Virus record (IMG/VR): IMGVR_UViG_3300037883_000032 | Span: 1 to 53,069 of that record | DNA length: 53,069 bases | Strand: one strand, 5' to 3' | From: a virus | Lineage: Duplodnaviria; Caudoviricetes | Shown: positions 8,072 through 16,634 of the stretch, one piece after another | How the letters are laid out: every line of letters starts with the position of its first letter | Position numbering within the stretch: position 1 is the first letter of the stretch | The notes under the pieces: generated by a model | What the model was told of the DNA's origin: nothing | The model's database searches: none | The model's input: only the letters and a program-made list of their open reading frames with translations | Made by a program: the position numbers and the translations under genes

Positions 8072-9036
8072 CGGTGGCCTTTCCTGATGCTGCTGTGAGT
8101 GGCGTGGGACGGCTCCTCGCTCTCGGTCCAGTCACCGTTCGCGTCGAAGCGGGTGACCCACTCGAGGACCTGGGGGAGGCCCTCGCTCAGCTCGACCGTT
8201 GGTCGCCACCCGAGCCTGCGCAGCTTCTCCGTCGAGAGGCGCTTCACGACGGTCTGCGCGGCGGGCGCGGGGATCAGGTCGATCAGCTCGGTGCTCGCGC
8301 CGGCGAGCTGGCAGCAGCGCTCCGCGAGGCTCAGCATCGACAGCGGACGGTCGTCGCGGCCGATGTTGTAGATGCCGGTCCCGGGCACCCGCGCGTCGTA
8401 CCCGGCGCCCTTCTCGAGCACGAGGCGGATCCCGCGGACGGTGTCTTCGATCCAGCACCAGGACCGCTCGGCGCCGTCGTGGATCGGGATCGGCTTGCCG
8501 TGATGGGCCTGCCAGAGAATGTTGTCGAGCGCGCGGCGACCCACACCCGGCGGCGCACCCGGCCCGTACGGCATCGAGAGGCGCACGATCTTCAGCCCGT
8601 CGGGCGCGTAGAGCTGCAACGCCTCCTCGCCCCAGCGCTTCGTAAGGCCGTAAAGGTTGTGGGGCAGCACGCAGCTCGAGGTCTCGTGGCAAACACTGTC
8701 GCGGTGGTCGCCGTAAACCTCGCTGCTAGACGCGTACAGCACGGGGACGCCGCGCTGCCCGCACTCCTGCGCGACGACAGCGGTCAGCTCGGCGTTGCTG
8801 CTGATCGTGTGGCGCAGGTCACGCTCGCCAAACACGCGGCCGACCTGGGCGGCGAGATGCACGAGCGCGTCTGGTTCGGTGATGCGGTCGAGCCAGCCAG
8901 CGAGACGACCCGGTTCGCGCAGGTCGTAGCCGTGCTCGAGGATGTCGGCGCCGTGGATCGTGTGGCCGTTGTTCTTCAGCTCGCGGACCAGGTGAGCGCC
9001 GATGAAGCCGCGGTGGCCGGTGACGAGGATCTTCAC
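8068..9036 (-). CDS. NAD-dependent nucleotide-sugar epimerase/dehydratase
   Basis: ILVTGHRGFIG Rossmann motif, HLAA, ASSSEVYG, YGLTK (YxxxK), YGPG. Confidence 0.92.
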   Translation of the reverse strand: MKILVTGHRGFIGAHLVRELKNNGHTIHGADILEHGYDLREPGRLAGWLDRITEPDALVHLAAQVGRVFGERDLRHTISSNAELTAVVAQECGQRGVPVLYASSSEVYGDHRDSVCHETSSCVLPHNLYGLTKRWGEEALQLYAPDGLKIVRLSMPYGPGAPPGVGRRALDNILWQAHHGKPIPIHDGAERSWCWIEDTVRGIRLVLEKGAGYDARVPGTGIYNIGRDDRPLSMLSLAERCCQLAGASTELIDLIPAPAAQTVVKRLSTEKLRRLGWRPTVELSEGLPQVLEWVTRFDANGDWTESEEPSHATHSSIRKGHR

Positions 9037-9704
9037 GACGCCAGCTCGGCTTCCCATGCTTCGCGGCCCTCGCGTGCCAGGTCCGCTCGTTGCCCGCTCG
9101 GGCTGGAGGCGTGGCGGTGCAGGAACGTGAACAGGCCGCTGTAACCGACCTCCCAGCCCGCCTTGCGTAGGCGGTGGCAGAAGATCGCGTCCTCGTAATA
9201 CAGCCGAGGCATGTTGCTCATCCCACCCACCTGCTCGTACGCCTCGCGGCGGATGAGCATGATCGAGCCGCTGACCTGCGCGACCACCTCGAACGGCGTG
9301 ATGTACTGGCCGATGTCGGCCTGGCCGTAGGAACGTCCGCCGGCGGGACTGCCCGCCTCGAGGATCCCGGCGTGCGCGATGAAGCCGCGCGGGTCGCGCT
9401 GGCGTGGTCCTAGCACGCCGAGGCGGGGATGCTCGTGGAATAGCTCGAGCAGCGGCCCGATTCCCTCCTCGGGGAACTCCACGTCAGCGTTGCACGCGAT
9501 CAGGATCGGGGTCTTCGCGAGGTCGAGGTCGCGCGCGAGCGCGGCGGCGTAGCCGATGTTCGTCGGCAGGTTCTCGACGTAGGTCGTGTGGACCGCCTTG
9601 AGCCATGTTGGTCGGCCGATGCTCTCCCGGCAGCGCGCGGCCAGCTCGGTGGTCTTGTAGCTCACGATCGCGACGGTCGCGGTGAGCGGCGTGTGCTCGT
9701 TCAC
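9033..9704 (-). CDS. Glycosyltransferase family 2 (WbbL-like)
   Basis: VAIVSY, NIGYAAA, NADV, VSGSIMLIRREAYEQVGG, LYYEDA.FC.R...AGW. Confidence 0.88.
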   Translation of the reverse strand: MNEHTPLTATVAIVSYKTTELAARCRESIGRPTWLKAVHTTYVENLPTNIGYAAALARDLDLAKTPILIACNADVEFPEEGIGPLLELFHEHPRLGVLGPRQRDPRGFIAHAGILEAGSPAGGRSYGQADIGQYITPFEVVAQVSGSIMLIRREAYEQVGGMSNMPRLYYEDAIFCHRLRKAGWEVGYSGLFTFLHRHASSPSGQRADLAREGREAWEAELAS

Positions 9705-10474
9705 AGCGCGTACCGGTCCCAGACGTGGCGGGCGTACGTGCCCGGCAGCCAGCCAGCGGTGTAGCCGGCGAGCTTCAGGTTGATCCCGAAGCCGATGTCC
9801 TCCCCCGACTGGTGCCAGCGGTAGCGGACCTTCGAGAACACATAGCGTGGCATAAGGATCGCGCCCATCGGGATGTCGATCGGTTGGACGCCGCCGGCTT
9901 CGCGGGTCGCCTCATCGACTTCAGCGCGTTTCCATGCCCACGTGCCGAGGTCTTGCGGGCGGCCCGCTTCGAGCGCCTCGCGGGGGTGGTGACGCTCGTT
10001 GCCGAGGATCCCGGCGTTGCACGTCCATGTGGCCGTTGGGTGAAAGCTGAGGCGCGGCGCGACCACGTCGACGTTCTCAGCGTCGCAGCCCGGCGGCAGC
10101 GTTGCGATAGCCGCCAGGAGCCGCTCGATCGTGCGGGCGTCCTCGAGCATGATGTCGGTGTCGAGCGACAGCAGGTGTGTCGCGTCGGTGCAGACGGTCG
10201 CCTCGGCGAGCATCAGGTTCCGCAGTCGCGTGAGGGTGTGGAACCGCTCGTTGTCCTGGCGGTCATGCGGTGGCGTGCTCTCGTGGTGGCGGATCGTCGG
10301 GATCTCCCAGTCCTGCGCACAGTCACGGATCGCCTTCCATGTGTCGTCGCCGCGCTGGCCACCGTGGATCAGCAGCACCTGGTCGGGCTTGACGGTCTGC
10401 TGCGCCAGGTACCGGTACCAGTGGGGGAGCGCCCAGTCTCTATCAGCCACCGGCGCCGCTACGACGAGCTTCAT
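9701..10474 (-). CDS. GT-A fold glycosyltransferase
   Basis: VVAAPV.DR, LRN, LSLDTDI (DxD), GEDIGF. Confidence 0.75.
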   Translation of the reverse strand: MKLVVAAPVADRDWALPHWYRYLAQQTVKPDQVLLIHGGQRGDDTWKAIRDCAQDWEIPTIRHHESTPPHDRQDNERFHTLTRLRNLMLAEATVCTDATHLLSLDTDIMLEDARTIERLLAAIATLPPGCDAENVDVVAPRLSFHPTATWTCNAGILGNERHHPREALEAGRPQDLGTWAWKRAEVDEATREAGGVQPIDIPMGAILMPRYVFSKVRYRWHQSGEDIGFGINLKLAGYTAGWLPGTYARHVWDRYAL

Positions 10475-10842
10475 GCCGCCGCCCGTTCGCGCTGCTTCGC
10501 CTCGCGCTTACACGTGCGGCAGTCGCGTCCTATAACGCGCCCGTCGCGGTAGACCAAACGCGTGTTCGCCTCGTCATAAGGATGCCCACGCTTGCAGTGA
10601 GTGCGCCCACGATTCCAGCGCGGCGGCTCGACGCCATCGAAGTCCGCGTGGCAGCGTTTGCACAACTCCAACCAGTCCTCACGCTTGCGGGTGTAGACGT
10701 GGTCGATGCTGGCCCACTCCGTCCGGCCGACGTGGCCGCACCGCTCGCAGCGCCCGCGGCGCTCGAAGTGCCGCTGGACCCACCGGTGGAGCGTGCTATA
10801 GCCGTCGCGGTCGGCGACGGGCGCGGCGACGACGAGCTTCAC
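10471..10842 (-). mobile_element. Free-standing HNH-like homing endonuclease gene
   Basis: Y.TLHRWV...CERCG...EWA...DWLELCKRCH followed by THCKRGHPYDEANT...CRTC; first 13 aa duplicate the start of the downstream GT. Confidence 0.75.
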
Positions 10843-11330
10843 TTGCCCTTCTTCGCGCGCCGCGCGTTTTCGCGGCGCACCTTCCGGGGTGGCTCGGGGG
10901 CCGCCATGAGCGGGGTCTCGCCGTCCGGCCCGTAGAGGCCGGTGTCGCTCGCGGCGTGCTGCTCGGCGCTGGTGGCGACCTGCTCGAAGATCTCGGCGAG
11001 GGCCTTCATCTTGCGCAGGAACAGGTCCTCGAGGGTGATGAGGCCTGTGTCGACGAGGATGTTGGAGATCGCGTTGACGAGGGCGTTGCGTTCGGCGTCC
11101 TCCGGCACGCCGTATTCGCGGCCTGGTTTGCTGATCTCTTGCAGTCGCTCCAGCGAGGCCTTGATGCGATCCTGGCAGGCCTGCGCGATCGCCCGCTGGC
11201 CGGGTGTCATCGTGACGCCCTGCTCCTCCTCGCCCTCCTCGCCCTTCTGCGCGTCCGCCTCCGGCTCGGCCTGTGGCTCGGCCTGCTGGTCGGCTTCGTC
11301 GCGCTCTCGCTCGTCTGTCAAGTCTGCCAT
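10839..11330 (-). CDS. Hypothetical protein, acidic N-terminus and basic C-terminus
   Basis: 163 aa; GAGAGG SD; GTGA coupling to the next gene. Confidence 0.7.
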   Translation of the reverse strand: MADLTDERERDEADQQAEPQAEPEADAQKGEEGEEEQGVTMTPGQRAIAQACQDRIKASLERLQEISKPGREYGVPEDAERNALVNAISNILVDTGLITLEDLFLRKMKALAEIFEQVATSAEQHAASDTGLYGPDGETPLMAAPEPPRKVRRENARRAKKGK

Positions 11331-11494
11331 GCGCGCACCCTCTCAACGGCAGCGGATAGAACGCTTGCGGAGGCCCCGCGGGGGGACCGCGGGGCACTCG
11401 AATCGGACCAGTCGGGCAACCCCCACGAGACCCAGCGGCGAAACTCCACGGCGGCGGGCCAGAGCAGGAGAGGGGCGATCAGGACACGCCTACA

Positions 11495-11523
11495 AGTGTC
11501 GCACGCTGCGACACGTTTGTCAA
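11495..11523 (-). promoter_or_regulatory. Sigma70-type promoter TTGACA-17-GACACT overlapping palindrome GTGTCGCA-CGC-TGCGACAC
   Basis: Consensus -35 at 11518-11523, 17-bp spacer, perfect 8-bp inverted repeat at 11496-11514. Confidence 0.7.
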
Positions 11524-11528
11524 GGGCG

Positions 11529-11645
11529 TCACAGGACCCAACGGTGCTCGCGCCAGTCCTCCCATTTGGCCCGCACTAGCCAGTACCAAGGCAGCAGCGC
11601 GATCGCGCCGAGGATCACGCTGCCGATCCAGCCAACGATCGTCAT
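11529..11645 (-). CDS. Small membrane protein (38 aa)
   Basis: MTIVGWIGSVILGAIALLPWYWLV hydrophobic segment; ATGA coupling. Confidence 0.55.
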   Translation of the reverse strand: MTIVGWIGSVILGAIALLPWYWLVRAKWEDWREHRWVL

Positions 11646-12421
11646 CGACGCGGCTGGTAGGGCACACCGACCGAGAGCGCCGACGCTTCCGCGGCCGGCG
11701 CGAGCGGCTGGTCCGCGCGGCTGTAGTAGCTCTTGCGGACCGCTTCCGCGTTCTTCTGCTGTTCGTTCGCCTGGAGCGTGTACGCCTTCGCGAGATCGGA
11801 GAAGCTCATCTCGCTGTCGCCGGCGCGCGCGGTCGCGAGCGCACATTTCGCGGCGAGCGCGCGCAGCGCTCGAGCTGCCGCGTTGCCGATCACGGCGGGC
11901 ACCAGGCCGTCGGGCACTTCCCCCAGGTTCGCGAACGTGACCGGCCCCGCGACCCACGCGCGCGCTTCGTCGAGGAACCCTTCGAGGGACTTGTCTTGGA
12001 AGTACGCCCACGCGTACGTGACCTGGAGCTGTTCGACGGGCGCCACGGCGAGCGCGAACACGCCGCTGGTGTTCACATCTTCGCTCGGCGTGACGGGCGC
12101 CGGGTTGCTGTCGACGAACGCGACGAGCGACCCGGGCACAACGAACACGGGCGCGAAGTTCTGTGTCGGCACGGCCGTGAAGCGGACCTGGAACTTCGTG
12201 GCGGTCGGGGTGGCTTGCTGCATCACCTGGTCGGAGAGATCCTCGAGGCGCGCGATGCCGAGCGTCTCGCCGTCTGAGGTCTTGCCGTCCTGGATCGCGC
12301 GCTTCAGGCGGTCCAGGCCGAGTGCGACGGTGGTGAGGATCAGCGTCGGCTTCGGGTGTATGCCGGCGAGGGCCTCGTCGACGGGCGGTGGGTCGACCTC
12401 GCCACGGTGACGGATCGGCAT
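11642..12421 (-). CDS. Head-to-tail adaptor protein (putative)
   Basis: 259 aa downstream of the capsid genes; ...YAWAYFQDKSL..FL...AAARALRALA pattern typical of adaptors. Confidence 0.6.
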   Translation of the reverse strand: MPIRHRGEVDPPPVDEALAGIHPKPTLILTTVALGLDRLKRAIQDGKTSDGETLGIARLEDLSDQVMQQATPTATKFQVRFTAVPTQNFAPVFVVPGSLVAFVDSNPAPVTPSEDVNTSGVFALAVAPVEQLQVTYAWAYFQDKSLEGFLDEARAWVAGPVTFANLGEVPDGLVPAVIGNAAARALRALAAKCALATARAGDSEMSFSDLAKAYTLQANEQQKNAEAVRKSYYSRADQPLAPAAEASALSVGVPYQPRR

Positions 12422-12774
12422 CAGACTGCTCCGAGGTCTTCGATGATGACGATTTCCTTGTAGCTTTCGTTCGGGAACGTCTCGAGCTGTTTTTTACCGC
12501 CGACTTCGGGCCATTCAACCTCGACCTCCGCTTTCCACGTGCCCGTCGTGGCGGTGTCTTCAGCGAGGAGCTGCGCTTCGATCTTGCCTTCTTTGGCTTT
12601 GGCGATCGTGCACGGGATTTCGAGGACCGTCGACCCGGACTTCATGATGAGCGTTACTTTCAGCGCCGCGGTCAGGTCCACCGCTTCTTTTTTGCCGGTT
12701 TCTTCGTTGACCTGTTCCAACACCATCTTGATGGTCGGGAACGTGTCGTGGCGCTTGAGTGTGAGATCAGCCAT
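12421..12774 (-). CDS. BppU N-terminal-like (DUF2479-like) virion protein
   Basis: LKRHDT.P...VDLT...G.....DT.T.GT.KAEVEV.W....TFP motif. Confidence 0.65.
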   Translation of the reverse strand: MADLTLKRHDTFPTIKMVLEQVNEETGKKEAVDLTAALKVTLIMKSGSTVLEIPCTIAKAKEGKIEAQLLAEDTATTGTWKAEVEVEWPEVGGKKQLETFPNESYKEIVIIEDLGAV

Positions 12775-13488
12775 TTAGCCTCCGCTCAGGGACAGTAGTC
12801 GTGAGACCGGCGCGAACTTCACGTCGGTCTTGTAGTTGGCGACCTTCGCTTCGCGCTGCTGCGCGGTGAGCTGCACTAAGCGCTGCTGCGCGGTGATCGC
12901 TACGCCGCGTGACTGCGCTGTGACGCCCAGAGCGCGCTGCTGCGCTGTGACACCCAGACTACGGCCGGCTGGTGCGAAACCCACGTCCGTGGGCGGCGTG
13001 ACCGCGAACGTCGTTTCCGTTTCGAGGTCGAGGTACCAGAAGTACAGCTTGCTCGCCGCCGAGGAGCCTTTGTTCTGGCTGAGGCGAAGCTGGAGGTTTT
13101 CGAGCATCGTCGCGCTGATCGCTCCGACGTGCGTGATCGAGTGCCACGCGGCAACCGACGGCCCCACTTTCAGGGGGGCGAATTCGCCGCCTTCGGAGAT
13201 CCAGGCGTGCAGGGACACTTCGCCACCGGTACCCACCGAGCAATACGCGTAGAGCGTCACCGACAAGATCGTCTCGCCGGGCAGCGGCGAATAGATGTCG
13301 ACCTTGAGGTACTCGTTCTTCCCTTCGGCCGAGTTTTCGACGCCATTTTCGAGCTGTTCGGCGTTCGGCGCGGTTGGGTAGAGCAGGCCAAGTCGCTTCG
13401 TGCGTTCCCAGCCTTTGGCGCCCGTCGGGAAGTGCGTCCACTGGTCCTTGAAGTCTTCGCGCGGGTAAAGGATCCGGTGGTTTATCAA
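12775..13488 (-). CDS. Hypothetical virion-associated protein
   Basis: 237 aa, beta-rich, C-terminal (G/A)VTAQQR repeats; in head module. Confidence 0.55.
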   Translation of the reverse strand: MINHRILYPREDFKDQWTHFPTGAKGWERTKRLGLLYPTAPNAEQLENGVENSAEGKNEYLKVDIYSPLPGETILSVTLYAYCSVGTGGEVSLHAWISEGGEFAPLKVGPSVAAWHSITHVGAISATMLENLQLRLSQNKGSSAASKLYFWYLDLETETTFAVTPPTDVGFAPAGRSLGVTAQQRALGVTAQSRGVAITAQQRLVQLTAQQREAKVANYKTDVKFAPVSRLLSLSGG

Positions 13489-13489
13489 C

Positions 13490-14023
13490 TCAGAACACGT
13501 CCACGGCCGGCCCGAGTGCCTTGCGCCACGCTGGTTCAGTCGCCGCGAGTTTGCCGGCGAGCACCCAGTCGATAAATTCGCGACAGCGCGTGGCGGGCAG
13601 CGGCGTTCCCCAGTCGCCGTTCGGCAGCTCGCGGAAGCCCGCGGATCGCAGCGCCTTCTCGCCGAGCGAGCCTGGTGCGACGCTCATCGTGTTCCTAAGC
13701 AGCCCGACGGAGGTCCACCACGGCTCCAGGCCGACCATCAGGTGAATGAGGAGGCCTTTCGCGCGGAACGCCGGTTCGATGCTCAGGTCGGCGCAGTGAA
13801 CGTGGCGGGGGTAGTAGTCGAGCTTGTAGACGCCGATGCGGGCGCCCAGGTTGCTCGTCCAGATCACTTCGACGCGGAGCGTGCCGTCTTCGCCGGGGTC
13901 TTCGGTGATCGCTGCGGTTGAGCCGGGGAAGGCGGTGGTGAGGTCGACGATCGCCGCGAAGGCCGCCGCTGCACCTTTGCCGTAGCGTTTGTCCAGCGGC
14001 GGGAGAGCCAGCCTGCGCGTCAT
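13490..14023 (-). CDS. GNAT-fold acetyltransferase-like protein
   Basis: DLSIEPAFRAKGL (acetyl-CoA-binding motif A-like) and LRSAGF motif B-like. Confidence 0.55.
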   Translation of the reverse strand: MTRRLALPPLDKRYGKGAAAAFAAIVDLTTAFPGSTAAITEDPGEDGTLRVEVIWTSNLGARIGVYKLDYYPRHVHCADLSIEPAFRAKGLLIHLMVGLEPWWTSVGLLRNTMSVAPGSLGEKALRSAGFRELPNGDWGTPLPATRCREFIDWVLAGKLAATEPAWRKALGPAVDVF

Positions 14024-14030
14024 CCGTCGC

Positions 14031-14720
14031 TCAGCCTTTGCGGGGGTGCTGCACCTTGCCACGCCCCCGGCGCCGCCCGGGCTTCGCCTTCGCCTCTGGC
14101 GCAGGCGCGGGCGCGTCCACCTCGAGCTTCGCGTCGCTCATGTCGATCGTCTCGACAGCGATCGGATTCTCCTGTAAACCGGGTTCGCCGGGTTCGCCCG
14201 ATTCGCTGGGATCCGCGGTGGTCGCTGCCGGCTGGTCGCCCATCAGCTTCGCGCGGAGGTCCTGCGTCGAGAGCAGCGTGTCGTCGGTGTCGTGCAGCAC
14301 GACGTAGCGGATGCCCTGCTCGGCGCACCACTGCGTCTTGAAGGCGACGTTCTTCTCCGCGCGTTCCTCCTCCTGCACACCCGGGTCGTCGCTGTGGAGA
14401 ATGTCGATCAGGATCGGGGCTGGCCCGTCGTATGGCCGGTCGCCGGGCGGGAAGTAGTAGCGCTCGAACTCCTCCGGCTCGGTCGACGCGCCGTCGGGCG
14501 TCACGATCCGGCAGTCCTGGACCATGTGGCGTTCCATGAAACCGGCGGTGCCGACAGCGGCCGAGATCGGGTCGCCGGTGTCCTTGTACGTCGAGTCGTT
14601 CGGGTCCGGCTCGTCGTCGTAGAAGTCTTCGCCGATCGTCAGCCCGGCCTCCGGCAGCGGGTTGCCTTCGGCCAGGTGCTCCATCAGGTCCTGCTCGCTC
14701 ATGACGGTGTCGGGCGGCAT
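14031..14720 (-). CDS. Acidic hypothetical protein, possible degenerate DUF559/Vsr-like core
   Basis: ILIDIL...KTQWCAEQGIRYVVL pattern; AAGGAG SD. Confidence 0.6.
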   Translation of the reverse strand: MPPDTVMSEQDLMEHLAEGNPLPEAGLTIGEDFYDDEPDPNDSTYKDTGDPISAAVGTAGFMERHMVQDCRIVTPDGASTEPEEFERYYFPPGDRPYDGPAPILIDILHSDDPGVQEEERAEKNVAFKTQWCAEQGIRYVVLHDTDDTLLSTQDLRAKLMGDQPAATTADPSESGEPGEPGLQENPIAVETIDMSDAKLEVDAPAPAPEAKAKPGRRRGRGKVQHPRKG

Positions 14721-14732
14721 GCTGGGTCTCCT

Positions 14733-15089
14733 TTACTTGAGGACGCGCGCGTTCGCGCCGTCGGGCACGTTGAGAATATCCTGCGTCCGGTCGGAGCTTT
14801 CGCGGTACGCGGCGAGCTGGCCGGCGTAGCGCTTCTTCAGCTCGAGCAGCTTCGCGAGCTGCACATCGGAAAGCAGCAGGCCCGACTGCACCGATTGGAC
14901 GAACGCACGGGCGAGTTCGTTCTCGACGTTCGGCGAGCCGCTCGCGGCCTCCTCCTTCAGGATCGCGTAGAGGTCCGCGACATCGCGGACGGTGCTGGCG
15001 TCCTGGTAGTAGACGACGTGGCTCTCGCCGGCCTGGTAGGTGCCCTCACGCAGCCGTGCGATCGCCTCGCGCAGGTGCGCGGCGTTCAC
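14733..15089 (-). CDS. Putative internal head protein
   Basis: 118 aa, LREA/LREG motifs near the N-terminus; directly downstream of the capsid region. Confidence 0.55.
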   Translation of the reverse strand: MNAAHLREAIARLREGTYQAGESHVVYYQDASTVRDVADLYAILKEEAASGSPNVENELARAFVQSVQSGLLLSDVQLAKLLELKKRYAGQLAAYRESSDRTQDILNVPDGANARVLK

Positions 15090-15091
15090 GG

Positions 15092-15456
15092 TCAGCTCCC
15101 GGCACTGGACTTCATGTCGGGGTATTTCCGGTAGACCGCGGCCTTGACGCGCGCCTCCTCCCCGCTGAGCGCGCGAGCGCGTTCGCAGCATGCGCGCGGT
15201 CCTGGATCGGGTAGCTCCCCGGCCCCGGTGCCTTCTCCGGGATCGCGAACTGCGACTTGTCGAGCGCCTTGCGAGCGCCCGTGGTGAGTTCCGCCTCGCG
15301 GAGCGCCCACTCGATCTGTTCGGCGGTCGGGACCGCCGGCTCGGGTAGCGCCGGCGGCGCCTGCGCCTCGCGGAGGTGGGCAAGGTAGACCGCCGCCCCG
15401 ACCGGGGAGGAGGCCGAGGCGGCGGTCTCTACTGGGGCAGCGCCGGTGTCAGACAC
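15092..15456 (-). CDS. DUF6582-like head protein, split by an apparent frameshift near 15160
   Basis: LTTGARKAL.KSQFAIP...YPIQDRAHAANALAR in one frame; EEARVKAAVYRKYP in the -1 frame. Confidence 0.6.
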
Positions 15457-15471
15457 GCGCAGCCGCCGCCT

Positions 15472-16596
15472 TCAGTTGATGCGGAACAGGTACCTGGACT
15501 CGATGACGGCCGTGTTGAAACGCCGCCTGATGCGCCACCGGTACTGGTCCCGGTTGAATGATTCGCCGGCGTTCTGCGCCTCCTGTGCGACCTCGAGCGC
15601 GGCGCGGTCCTGGAAGACGAGGGACTTCTTCGCCTGCATCAGGAACGCGGCTCCGTGGACGCCGTCGAGGCCCTTCGTGGCCGCGAACGCCGAGGGGAGG
15701 AAGCGGCTGACCTTCAGGCTGAACAGGCCCTGGAGCGGGTTGGTGGACATCGTCCATCCGGTCCCGCCGGACGTGGCGGTGTTCGCGGTCTGCCCGGCGG
15801 CGCCCGGCACCGAGGGCTGCAACGCGGACTGGAGCAGCACGGCCGCGTTGAACTCGTCGGTGGGGGACACGAGGAGCGTGTCGGGCTGCACCATGATGAG
15901 CTGACCGAGGGGGTCTTTCATCACGTGCAAGCGGATCGTGGCTTCTTCGAGCGAGGCGCGGGTCAACCCGACTTTTTCGCCTTCGATCGTGCCGCTGATC
16001 TTGTTGCCGATCGTCGTGTTGTATTCCGCCGCGAGGATCGCGTTCATGACGGCCAGCTCCTCGACGTAGCGGACGCGCTCGCCCATCGTGGAGGCCTTCT
16101 GGATGATCTGCCCGGTCTGGTCGTCTTCGACCAGCTCCCGCTCCACTTCGAGCATGCGCCCGAACTTGATGTTCTTCAGGCGCTTGTCGAGGCCCGCCAG
16201 GCGGCTGCCCTCGAAGCGCTGCGACGGGTTGACCTGCTTCGGCAGCTCAGCACCGTAGAGAGGCCCGTACAGCTCCTCGAATTTGTCGCTGTTCACGACA
16301 CGAACGAGGTCGGGGTAGATCACGGCGACCTGCTCGTACGCGTCGAACAGGAAGTTCTGCACGCCGGCGCGCAGGAGCGTCGGGAAGCTGGTCTCGGCGA
16401 CCGCCTCGCGGAGTTTCCGTACGGACAGGGTGCGGTGACGCCAGTTGATCTTGTCGCCACCCTCGACGACCGCGGCGGCCTCGCGTAGCGCGACCTGTTC
16501 CGCGTTCTGACGGTCTTCGCGGTTGCGAAGGATCAGCTCGTTGTTGTCCGGGTCATCGACCCCGAACGGGTTACCTGGGCGGAGTGCGAAATCCAT
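15472..16596 (-). CDS. Major capsid protein (HK97 fold, Mu gpT-like)
   Basis: 374 aa; SFPTLL, KFGRMLEV.REL.EDD.TG.I, P..LLVSP..E, NPLQG motifs; follows protease and decoration genes. Confidence 0.9.
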   Translation of the reverse strand: MDFALRPGNPFGVDDPDNNELILRNREDRQNAEQVALREAAAVVEGGDKINWRHRTLSVRKLREAVAETSFPTLLRAGVQNFLFDAYEQVAVIYPDLVRVVNSDKFEELYGPLYGAELPKQVNPSQRFEGSRLAGLDKRLKNIKFGRMLEVERELVEDDQTGQIIQKASTMGERVRYVEELAVMNAILAAEYNTTIGNKISGTIEGEKVGLTRASLEEATIRLHVMKDPLGQLIMVQPDTLLVSPTDEFNAAVLLQSALQPSVPGAAGQTANTATSGGTGWTMSTNPLQGLFSLKVSRFLPSAFAATKGLDGVHGAAFLMQAKKSLVFQDRAALEVAQEAQNAGESFNRDQYRWRIRRRFNTAVIESRYLFRIN

Positions 16597-16634
16597 GTCA
16601 GGTCAGTCCTTTCTCTACTCAGGTTCCGTAGGGG

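Noticed and set aside
12860-12960. Short repeats (gcgctgctgcgc.gtga) as a regulatory array
   Set aside because: They are the coding VTAQQR peptide repeats of the 12775-13488 protein
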